DNA from: Candidatus Calditenuaceae archaeon HR02
Lineage (GTDB): Archaea; Thermoproteota; Nitrososphaeria_A; Caldarchaeales; Calditenuaceae
DNA: 32,000 nt
Assembly: GCA_002898395.1 (NCBI GenBank)
Contig: BEHE01000008.1
Location: 51,876-83,875, forward strand
Direction: 5' to 3'
The translations under genes and the position numbers were made by a program. The notes under the pieces were generated by a model, which did not search any database, was not told the origin of the DNA, and saw only the letters and a program-made list of their open reading frames with translations. Below, in pieces: positions 7,855 to 15,589 of this stretch (position 1 is its first letter; every line of letters begins with the position of its first letter).

Positions 7855-9453
7855 TCAGCCAAACATTAACTTATCCATGGTTGACATGATAATTCCTCTC
7901 TTTTCGTCAGGAAGCCTCGCCACACATTCTATCATACTCTTTCTAACTATAGCTCGAAGGTTGCTTGGCAGTGTTTCCAGACCATCCATCATGTATTTCA
8001 CATGTTCCAGCCTCTGCCGGCCTGGACAAGTCGCCAAAAAGTCGAGCCTCTTATACATGACTACTAGTCTCTTTTCTTCCGATAGTGCAGCAAGCATGCC
8101 GGGCATTATCCTAAGTAAAGCTCTGAACTCGTTTCTTAGTGCTAGAGGTCTCACTACCAGCATCAGGATGGCTCCTAAAACAAAGAGAAAAATTCCTATG
8201 GAAAAATCTAGAGGATTGTTGGCATAGTTCAGGCTGTTTGTGAATACATGGATTTTTGTTCTAAAGGCAAATGCAAAGCTATAGATCAGAAGTACCACCC
8301 CCACCCAAAGAAGCAATTGCTTAAGGAATAGCTGTCGTCTTGTTTCTAAGCCTTCCAATAATCGTGACTTATACATCATCCTCACTGGAACCAAGATGAT
8401 GAAAGATATGACAACCGGAATTATGGCTGGCCAGTCTTCAGAACTTGGCACTAGAACGGTGAATGGTACTACCGCCCGAAAGGCATTAAGAAATCCATAG
8501 AGAAGGATCAATAGACCGAAGAACAGTAAGGATTCTTTGGCAAAATTTATTTTGTTTTTGAGTACTCCGCTGTTTCCAAGCAACCTCTCTCTTCTCAAAA
8601 TCATTTTGAATATTCCTCTTATGGGAATGAGAAACATTATTCCCCAGAAGGCCAGAATAAACCCCCACCAATTCCATCGTGGCAGAGTAGGATCGATGTG
8701 AAGCATCAGGATAAGCCCCATTCCGGTGAGCAAAACACCCTTGACAAGATTTACCCCACCAGGCAAAATCAGGTCAGGTCTGAAGGCAAACATTTCCCCC
8801 AATTCCAAGCCACTAACATACTGACCATGTGTCTTGCTGGATCCAAGCCATGCGGCAGAAGCCCAGAATCCAATTAGTAATCCGATAAGGACGAACGCAG
8901 GCAAGCTTAATTTTGTAGTTGCCGTTAAAAAGAATTGCTCCATGGAGAGCTTGCCAGATTCCTCCAACTGGTGTAGTTCATGCAATAAAGGTATAGCAAC
9001 TGTTAATCCAAAGGTAGCAATGGCGATGAACAATGGCATGAAAATTACCCCAGCAATAAACAAAACCGGTTTGTACTTGAAGTAATGCTGAAGCTCGGTA
9101 ATCGGATAGAGCATTATGCTCATAACCGCAGCAACTAGGCCGATTCCAATGATGGCTTCTGGCAAAAATAGTGGAACCTTTCTTTGTGTAAGGGAAACCG
9201 ACATGATAAGATATAGAATCCCCAAAAAAGGCAATGAGAGAAAGTGCAGGATCGGGATAGATTTTCTAACTTTTCCAACGTAAGCTGTGAATGTAAATGT
9301 TACGGGAAGAGAATACGCAACCAAAAGGCCCTCTAAAAATTTTTCATTACTAAATAGGTTTCCCATCAGCCAGTACCATGACAAGAATGTAAAAAGGAAT
9401 AGCAAAAAGAGTGGAACAACGCCCACTATGAAAGGAATACTTCTCATACTCAT
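7855..9453 (-). CDS. Polytopic membrane protein (>=12 predicted TM segments) with a C-terminal 4 x 19-aa Met-rich LPxEKR repeat domain
   Basis: 532-aa ORF that is hydrophobic throughout. The last 76 aa form four exact 19-residue units. It starts 7 nt after the stop of the upstream 130-aa repeat protein gene, so the two are probably an operon. Confidence 0.7.
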   Translation of the reverse strand: MSMRSIPFIVGVVPLFLLFLFTFLSWYWLMGNLFSNEKFLEGLLVAYSLPVTFTFTAYVGKVRKSIPILHFLSLPFLGILYLIMSVSLTQRKVPLFLPEAIIGIGLVAAVMSIMLYPITELQHYFKYKPVLFIAGVIFMPLFIAIATFGLTVAIPLLHELHQLEESGKLSMEQFFLTATTKLSLPAFVLIGLLIGFWASAAWLGSSKTHGQYVSGLELGEMFAFRPDLILPGGVNLVKGVLLTGMGLILMLHIDPTLPRWNWWGFILAFWGIMFLIPIRGIFKMILRRERLLGNSGVLKNKINFAKESLLFFGLLILLYGFLNAFRAVVPFTVLVPSSEDWPAIIPVVISFIILVPVRMMYKSRLLEGLETRRQLFLKQLLLWVGVVLLIYSFAFAFRTKIHVFTNSLNYANNPLDFSIGIFLFVLGAILMLVVRPLALRNEFRALLRIMPGMLAALSEEKRLVVMYKRLDFLATCPGRQRLEHVKYMMDGLETLPSNLRAIVRKSMIECVARLPDEKRGIIMSTMDKLMFG

Positions 9454-9460
9454 ATGAGCT

Positions 9461-9853
9461 TTACATCTTTATCCCTAGCTCCCTCATCATCTTAAGCATC
9501 ATTTCGCGACTTTCTGCGGGCAGTCCCATTAGAATAGCTTTTACTACCCGCATCTCTTTTAACTGTTTTTCAGAAGACAATTCCTGAAGCGCTGCAATAT
9601 GTGTTTTCATCAACTTTACCTGGTCTGACTCTGGAAATCCCATTAGGACCTGAAGACGCGTTCTTGCCAGCTTCTCATATTTTTCTTCGGGCAAATCAAG
9701 TGCAACGTCAAGCATCATCTTCATCGCATCTTTTCTCTTGTCATCAGGCATCTCTGCAAAGCTTTTCAGCCGCGTTTCCATCATAGCTTTCCTTGTATCC
9801 TCGGAAACAGTAGCAAGGCTCTCAACCATTTCTTTCACAGGATTGCTTGCCAT
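9461..9853 (-). CDS. Soluble all-repeat protein made of 19-aa Met-rich LPxEKR-type units, 13% Met
   Basis: 130 aa with no TM segment or signal peptide. It has five clean 19-20 aa units plus one degenerate unit, and 17 Met residues. A CTTAAATACT box lies about 35 nt upstream of the ATG. Confidence 0.7.
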   Translation of the reverse strand: MASNPVKEMVESLATVSEDTRKAMMETRLKSFAEMPDDKRKDAMKMMLDVALDLPEEKYEKLARTRLQVLMGFPESDQVKLMKTHIAALQELSSEKQLKEMRVVKAILMGLPAESREMMLKMMRELGIKM

Positions 9854-9966
9854 ATTCCATCAATGATAACTATCCATTATGTAGTATTTAAGCCACCTAG
9901 TTTATACCGTTATAGTGGCTATGCTATTCCATAGTAAGCATTGTATCAAGCCGGTTCACTCTCGCT

Positions 9967-10161
9967 TCATCTTCTTCTTTTCGAACTTGAGAACATCACA
10001 GCAGCTCTGACCTCTTCTTTTTGCGAATCTTTTTTCAAAAGACGGAATATCTTGATATCTACAGCAAGTCCTGCTCCAGCCCCTGCAATACCAAGAATGT
10101 ATGGTACTCCAAAATAGCCGCCGATTATAAATCCAGCGAACAGGCCGATACAGCAGAACAA
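9967..10161 (-). CDS. Small hydrophobic protein with an N-terminal vicinal Cys pair (MFCCIGLFAGFIIGGYFGVPYILGIAGAGAGL...) and a basic tail
   Basis: 64 codons with a TTG start. A TTAAATAT box lies about 27 nt upstream. There are one or two Gly-rich TM segments. The short length and non-ATG start keep confidence low. Confidence 0.35.
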   Translation of the reverse strand: MFCCIGLFAGFIIGGYFGVPYILGIAGAGAGLAVDIKIFRLLKKDSQKEEVRAAVMFSSSKRRR

Positions 10162-10258
10162 CTCATGATAAAAAACGGAAGGAAATATTTAAGCACTAAA
10201 GTATAAAAATGCATAGCCAATATCGTTGAGAAAAGTTAGAAAACTCATTCGACGAATG

Positions 10259-10295
10259 AAAAATTAGGGGAACTGATTAGGGTAGGGTGTTCCCC
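10259..10295 (-). terminator. Hairpin plus T5 tract directly after the hxlR-type gene stop
   Basis: GGGGAAC (10267-10273) pairs with GTTCCCC (10289-10295) as a 7-bp stem with a 15-nt loop. It begins 1 nt after the TAG at 10297-10299 and is followed on the minus strand by TAATTTTTC (T5 at 10259-10263). Confidence 0.35.
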
Positions 10296-10296
10296 T

Positions 10297-10686
10297 CTAT
10301 TTTTTATCCTTTTCTATCAATGTACAGGAGCAATGGGCGACGACCGTCCCTTTCTGTTTCAGCGCCCACTGAAGGATTGGAATTATAGCTGCCCTGAGCC
10401 CCTCCCCCTCTTTAGTGAGCGTATATTCAACTCTTGGAGGGATTTCGTTGAATGTCTCTCTTTTTACCAGGTTGTGTTTCGCCAGGTCTTTTAGTGTGTC
10501 TGCAAGTATCTTTGGACTGATTCCCTGTAGCTCCTTCATCAATTCGTTGTAGCGTATCCTCCCGTGGTTGCCTATTTCATTCACTACCAGGAGAGTCCAT
10601 TTTTTGCCGATTAGGTCGATCACACCTTCTAGTGGGCAAAGGCATATAACACGGCTATCAGCTTTGCTACTTTTCTTGGTCGCCAC
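10297..10686 (-). CDS. HxlR-family winged-helix transcriptional regulator with N- and C-terminal CxC motifs
   Basis: CPLEGVIDLIGKKWTLLVVNEI...IRYNELMKELQGISPKILADTLKDLAKHNLVKRE...PPRVEYTLTKEG is the canonical HxlR/DUF24 core. GTG start. Cys15-x-Cys17 and Cys119-x-Cys121 are present. Confidence 0.85.
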   Translation of the reverse strand: MATKKSSKADSRVICLCPLEGVIDLIGKKWTLLVVNEIGNHGRIRYNELMKELQGISPKILADTLKDLAKHNLVKRETFNEIPPRVEYTLTKEGEGLRAAIIPILQWALKQKGTVVAHCSCTLIEKDKK

Positions 10687-11415
10687 AATGTTCGTACAAA
10701 CCAGATAGCATAAATACTTTATTGTGAGATTTGGTAACCGTCGTTTCTTTACTTATCTCACAAATTATTCTCAGCGTAGCTCAATTCTGGACAGGACACG
10801 GGTCTAAGAGTAATTAGATATGAAGATCGTACTGTTACGAGAGACCAAAAGGGTGGATAATTGGGCGTGAGTGATGTAGCTGTAGCTAAGATATCCGGAA
10901 AATTGTGCAAGATGCTGGCAGGTCAGGGACATTTTTGATGTATGGGACAGCAGGAACCCGTGAAGGAGTTCTACGCGTTTGGCAAAATGCTCAGGCAAAT
11001 ACTGAGGAGCACCATAAGGTCAGACAAGAATTATCGTAAAGTGGAAGACAGGCTAAGTTAAGGTTTGGAAATGAGTATCAAAGTTCTGATATCGTTACAC
11101 TACCACTAAGGGGACTGTCTCCAGCAGGCGGCTGAAGATAGAGAAGAGAGGCTTTTTATGTTCCTTGAAAAAGAAAGGGTGCGATAGGGCAACAAAGTAG
11201 GTGAAAAATCTTCCAACTGTGTGTCGTTGGGGGCAAGGGGTCTGCGGTGCGACAGATGCAGACTACGCGGACCGATTCTCTATGACCATGCGCTGGAGTA
11301 TCTAGCAATCCTTTTAAAAAGATAAACAATTAATTTTCATAAAATATTTCAAGCCCCTCTTCAAGTCTGGGATATTCTACAGTTTATTCTTTCGCCATAT
11401 TCATCATGATAAACC

Positions 11416-12531
11416 TCACCAGTAAAGAAGCCAAGGAAAGAATCGTTCAACTATTAGGTAGCCAGGACTCGCAGAGGAGGCTGCCGCTGGCATGAAATAC
11501 AAGGCACATATTGCCAATGGAACTATCATTGCAATATGTGCCATGAACGGAAAAATGAAAAACCGAGGATAGTTGAATCGTATAGCGGGCATCATAGTTG
11601 GCATTACAGCCATCATAACAGCAAAGACAAAAATGCCCCATAGTATCGCCAGAGTCCACGAACCTCGCCCAAAGAGCATCGTATACGCAATTCCATATGT
11701 TGCGCCGTTGATGAAATGCCACAGATATCCCAGAAACAATATCCGAGCAGCAGAAATTTTCTCTTCCTTTAAAGTCATAGAGAAAGCAGCGGGGAAAAGC
11801 CTGAAAAAATCTTGGACGCTAATTTTAGGCATTTTCTTATGACCGCCGGGTGTGGCCATCCTCAGCTTTGCAGGTATGACTCCACGGTTTTCACGTATGT
11901 TTTCAGATGATGCAGAAAATACGAGTTCGTCCATGGTTCTCATTAATACAGATCTCTTTTCCGCAGGTAGAGTGGATAGAGCTTCGATTTGAGACTTTAC
12001 AAAGACTTCTCTCTTATCATCAGGTAGCATTTCTATTCCTCTCATCATTGCTAGCATCATCATCTTTCTCGCATCGTCTGGCAGGTTGCTTAACCATTGA
12101 ACTCTTTCGGCGATCATGCGATTTCTCTGCTGTTCTGGCATGTTGGCTATTTCTTTCACCAAATTCGCGATCACATTGCCCATGAATTTTGCCGCGACCC
12201 CAGACCACATCATACCAAATATCTTAGGCATATCTGCAGGAAACTCACCAAGTCTGACTCCGGTTAGTCTCACTATGTCGAGAGCTATTGTACCCAAAAG
12301 ACCACCAACGGCGCCCCATAAGATTAACTGTAGAATAGAACTGTTGACTGCAATTGACGATGTCAGCGTGATAACGAATACTGCCAAGGACACTATACCT
12401 ATCGTTTTAAAGAATTTGGGTGCAGGAAACGCCAGGATTCTGTCGGCCATGAGCCCTGCAGTAGGCGCACCCAGTGTAAGCATTATCGGAATCCATAAAG
12501 ACCAATCTACATTACTGAGTTCAATAGGCAT
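11416..12531 (-). CDS. Membrane protein with a central 4 x 19-aa Met-rich LPxEKR repeat domain between N- and C-terminal TM bundles
   Basis: 371 aa. About 3 TM segments, then residues 131-206 form four exact 19-aa units, then about 4 TM segments (WHFINGATYGIAYTMLFG...). It is Met-rich throughout. Confidence 0.7.
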   Translation of the reverse strand: MPIELSNVDWSLWIPIMLTLGAPTAGLMADRILAFPAPKFFKTIGIVSLAVFVITLTSSIAVNSSILQLILWGAVGGLLGTIALDIVRLTGVRLGEFPADMPKIFGMMWSGVAAKFMGNVIANLVKEIANMPEQQRNRMIAERVQWLSNLPDDARKMMMLAMMRGIEMLPDDKREVFVKSQIEALSTLPAEKRSVLMRTMDELVFSASSENIRENRGVIPAKLRMATPGGHKKMPKISVQDFFRLFPAAFSMTLKEEKISAARILFLGYLWHFINGATYGIAYTMLFGRGSWTLAILWGIFVFAVMMAVMPTMMPAIRFNYPRFFIFPFMAHIAMIVPLAICALYFMPAAASSASPGYLIVERFFPWLLYW

Positions 12532-12869
12532 GAGTAAAAGTGTGGAAAGCCATGCTATAAGTTGTCAAGTTTTTCAAAGCATTGTAGCTATTACATACAA
12601 TAGTTAGGAAGGACAATCGTTGCCTGCTAAGAATCTACAGTCTATTATAACGGGTTCCTTTTTCAGGTCCTGACCACCACTAATGCTACAACAGTGGTCA
12701 TTGATATTGTGTCGGTTATCGATCTAATTGTAAATTTAGATGAGCTTTGGTATCGATACAGATTCGGAATTAGTCGGCATAACGCTTATGCCACAAACTA
12801 TGATCCGAATATAGTCATCAAATAGAAAAAGTTAGGATCACAGAACCATACAACCAAACGCACTTGCAA

Positions 12870-13388
12870 CTAGTCGTCTCTTCTCTTCTCCGTATGGGCT
12901 GTTGTTGTCTTACGGCTTTCAAGTACGCTGACAGCATTAAGCGTCTTGAAGCCGCCTAGCTTGTATATAGAGAAGAACACGATACTAATCGATATCACTG
13001 TGAATATCGGCGAATAATATGTGAGGAAAAGGATAAGTCCGAGCGGAAGTAGAATACCTATGAACGAGAAACAGGCAGGGCAAATGCCAAACATTAATCC
13101 AATAACAGACCCTACAAACCCCATCCTTGTACTTTTTTCAGACTTGCAGTCCAGACACATGTTTCTTGTAAAAGAATAGAGTGAGATAAACATGCCAAAC
13201 AGGATGGAAAAGGCTATGTATAGTACCGAGTTAAGTGGCTTTTGCTGCAGGTCAAGCAACCATATTCTGAAAGCTAGTGGCGTGTTTATCAGCTGAATTA
13301 TCGGAAGTAGAGAGAAAATGCATGCTGCTGCCACTGCAATAACAGGCTTATTCTTTACAGCATAAAAGAGCAGTATGTGTGCTGCCAT
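12870..13388 (-). CDS. Four-TM membrane protein with a loop CxxC (CLDC) and an intramembrane CPAC motif; paralog of 14005..14604
   Basis: 172 aa. The segment ...YSFTRNMCLDCKSEKSTRMGFVGSVIGLMFGICPACFSFIGILLPLGL... carries both motifs. It is the last gene of a tight three-gene operon. A T5 tract (12826-12830 on the minus strand) lies about 40 nt after the stop. Confidence 0.65.
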   Translation of the reverse strand: MAAHILLFYAVKNKPVIAVAAACIFSLLPIIQLINTPLAFRIWLLDLQQKPLNSVLYIAFSILFGMFISLYSFTRNMCLDCKSEKSTRMGFVGSVIGLMFGICPACFSFIGILLPLGLILFLTYYSPIFTVISISIVFFSIYKLGGFKTLNAVSVLESRKTTTAHTEKRRDD

Positions 13389-13397
13389 TTCCCATCA

Positions 13398-14018
13398 TCA
13401 CTTTTGTGTTAAAAGAGGTGCAAGCACCTGCTTTATCTTCGAATATTCAAGTGGATATACATCCACCCACCGGATTATGCCATCCTTATCTAGTACGTAT
13501 TTTGTATCAAGATACCGCACCTTATATTGCGCTACCATATCTACGCCTGCTGCCACATACCAGTCCTCCCTGCCATACTTATTCTTCCAGTCTAAAAACT
13601 GGCTCTCAGTCTCCCTTGGGTCTACAAATACAATTAATACGTTGAAAGCATTGCCTCCAGTCTCGTCATCATATCTGGCCAGATTCTGAGCGCCTATCTG
13701 GCAGGGTGTGCACCAGGTGGTTGTAAAGAAGATCACAAGCGGCTTTCCATGGAATGTTGCTTTTGAGATAGGCCCCTTCAGAGGGTCTATGAGTCTGAAG
13801 TCGGGTGCCAACTGTCCCACTTCTAACCCTTCTACGACGACTGTTCCGGGGGCGACCGTAAGATTCCGACCACCAACGCTCGATGACGCTTGTGAATTAG
13901 ACAGGGTCATAAAAACCGCGCCTACTATTACAGCAATTCCTATTACACCTATAATAGTGGCAAAAAACTTAGCTGTGGATTTCTTTGGTTGTGACCCTCT
14001 TTTCTTACCCTTTCCCAC
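13398..14018 (-). CDS. Membrane-anchored TlpA/ResA-like thioredoxin-fold thiol:disulfide oxidoreductase (WCTPC)
   Basis: Basic N-terminus plus one TM anchor (FFATIIGVIGIAVIVGAVFMTL). The redoxin domain has PLVIFFTTTWCTPCQ and DKDGII, consistent with an extracytoplasmic Trx-like protein. Confidence 0.85.
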   Translation of the reverse strand: MGKGKKRGSQPKKSTAKFFATIIGVIGIAVIVGAVFMTLSNSQASSSVGGRNLTVAPGTVVVEGLEVGQLAPDFRLIDPLKGPISKATFHGKPLVIFFTTTWCTPCQIGAQNLARYDDETGGNAFNVLIVFVDPRETESQFLDWKNKYGREDWYVAAGVDMVAQYKVRYLDTKYVLDKDGIIRWVDVYPLEYSKIKQVLAPLLTQK

Positions 14019-14604
14019 AACAACTCCCCTCCTTCATTTTACTGATTTTGTCTGAAATCGAGAAAGTGCCTAGAGCCAGAACTGCCACAGTTAAGGGAGC
14101 CATGTAGCGGCTGTAGAGGGATAGGGAAGAGAAAGCAATTGCCCCGATGACAGAAACCATCAACCCGCCTCCACAGCATGCAAAGCTTGTAAAGAATGCG
14201 GGTAGCAAGCCCAAAAACCCCTCCAACCCTGTCGGCTTTCTAACTCTGCATACAGCGGCTAGTCTTCTAGAATAAAATGTTAGAGCAACATTAAGCCCAA
14301 CAAAGAACGACGACACTATCACGAAGGCGAGAGCATCATAAAAGATGAAGAAAAATACGTCTGGCGCAGGAATAACCAAGATTCCTATTGAGTATAACCT
14401 TATCATGGGGTAGTTGTCTGTGAAGGAGGTTAAACCAGGTCCGTATCTTATTACTCCAACAGCAACCATGTAGAATGAAGCGTAGGCTAGTCCAGACGCC
14501 AACAGTATTCCTAAATAACTTTTTGATTTTATGACATGAAAAATAGGTGCTAACATTCTCCTCTCTAAAAGGATGCTCTGCATGTATCCGCATGTTACTG
14601 TCAA
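14005..14604 (-). CDS. Membrane protein with an intramembrane vicinal Cys pair (FACCGGG) and a C-terminal SCCGKG tail; paralog of 12870..13388
   Basis: It overlaps the Trx-like gene by 14 nt. The segment ...FYSRRLAAVCRVRKPTGLEGFLGLLPAFFTSFACCGGGLMVSV... aligns with the CLDC/CPAC region of the 172-aa protein. The start is uncertain. The ATG at 14583 sits about 27 nt downstream of the TATA-like 14611-14632 and may be the true start. Confidence 0.65.
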   Translation of the reverse strand: MTVTCGYMQSILLERRMLAPIFHVIKSKSYLGILLASGLAYASFYMVAVGVIRYGPGLTSFTDNYPMIRLYSIGILVIPAPDVFFFIFYDALAFVIVSSFFVGLNVALTFYSRRLAAVCRVRKPTGLEGFLGLLPAFFTSFACCGGGLMVSVIGAIAFSSLSLYSRYMAPLTVAVLALGTFSISDKISKMKEGSCCGKG

Positions 14605-14965
14605 ACCGAGTATTTAAAGAATATTTTTATACCATAGTAGTTACTATCCTAATTGATAGTATTACAGCTTAGGCGACAAAGACTAACGTAAAAACCTCAG
14701 TAGATGTTTGATGTTGCAACATTATCCTTTCTTGAAGTAGCTTGGCATCTTTAACAATGTCTTTGAAGATAGCCAAGTACAAAACATCTGCATGCATAAT
14801 GCTATTACCCCAGCCAGCACATCCAAATCAAGCGTAACCTGAAAGAATACCACACCACACAACCACGCGTTAATCTGCTTGCTCAACTGTTTACCCAATC
14901 CGCTATACTCGCGCCACGTCTCATACCCAACTATCTTCTCACAATCCTCTCAGACACATAACGTT

Positions 14966-15224
14966 TCACACAAGTTGCCAACCCGCTTTAACAATCACAA
15001 CTTCTTCTCCATAAAATTTCGACGACGTCCTCGAAGAGTTATCTCCACGTTTCTCCACCTCGTTTACTGCGGGGCCTCAAGCAGCTCCTTCTGAGGTAGA
15101 TTTTAATATGTGCTATCTTTACGAATGCGATAAACACCTCAGCAAGTCATCCGAAGAGCTTCTCGTGAACATGCTCTAAACCTAGCCTCTCCAGCGCCCG
15201 GCTATACCATGGGCATTTATCACC
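14966..15224 (-). mobile_element. Decayed DDE transposase remnant, same type as 22501..22983 and 26761..27180
   Basis: Minus-strand fragments GDKCPWYSRALERLGLEHVHEKLFG* and NEVEKRGDNSSRTSSKFYGEE lie in different frames. They match the TDG..Y..A...LGLEH and (I/V)ER....LK.RT.RFYN blocks seen in the other remnants. No intact ORF exists across 14605-15589. Confidence 0.4.
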
Positions 15225-15589
15225 TAACTATCGCTTATCTTGATGAATCATGAATGCTAGAGCATATGGTATAGACGACCAGAATCTCCCCGGGACACAT
15301 GTCCACGGCCGACCATTAGTAGCATCCATAACCATTTTTCTTTCACTAGCTTTCACTAGTCAGTCAACGGTCCCCAGCTCCAACGGAGGTAACCGAAGAG
15401 AGAAGACATAAACTCGACTAAACAATTAAAGAGGTGCACGGCGTTGGATTAACGAATCAGGCCATAGGCCCAACCTAGAAAAGATTAACAGTATCAAGAC
15501 ACGCATAAAGATTGACAAATCAGGAAAAAGATGGGGGAGTTAAGAGAAGTATTCGTAAGCGTAGAACCCCCGCAGTATGACCAGCATTA

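Noticed and set aside
10804-10998. 64-aa minus-strand ORF in the 730-bp spacer between the hxlR-type gene and the 371-aa membrane protein gene
   Set aside because: It has no motif and no promoter spacing. The plus strand shows an equally weak fragment (VKEFYAFGKMLRQILRSTIRSDKNYRKVEDRLS). The spacer more likely holds degraded sequence or promoters.
13375-14055. Plus-strand ORFs of 88-115 aa overlapping the thioredoxin-like gene
   Set aside because: They lie antisense to a gene with a complete redoxin signature. Their products are Ser/Thr/Pro-rich and motif-free.
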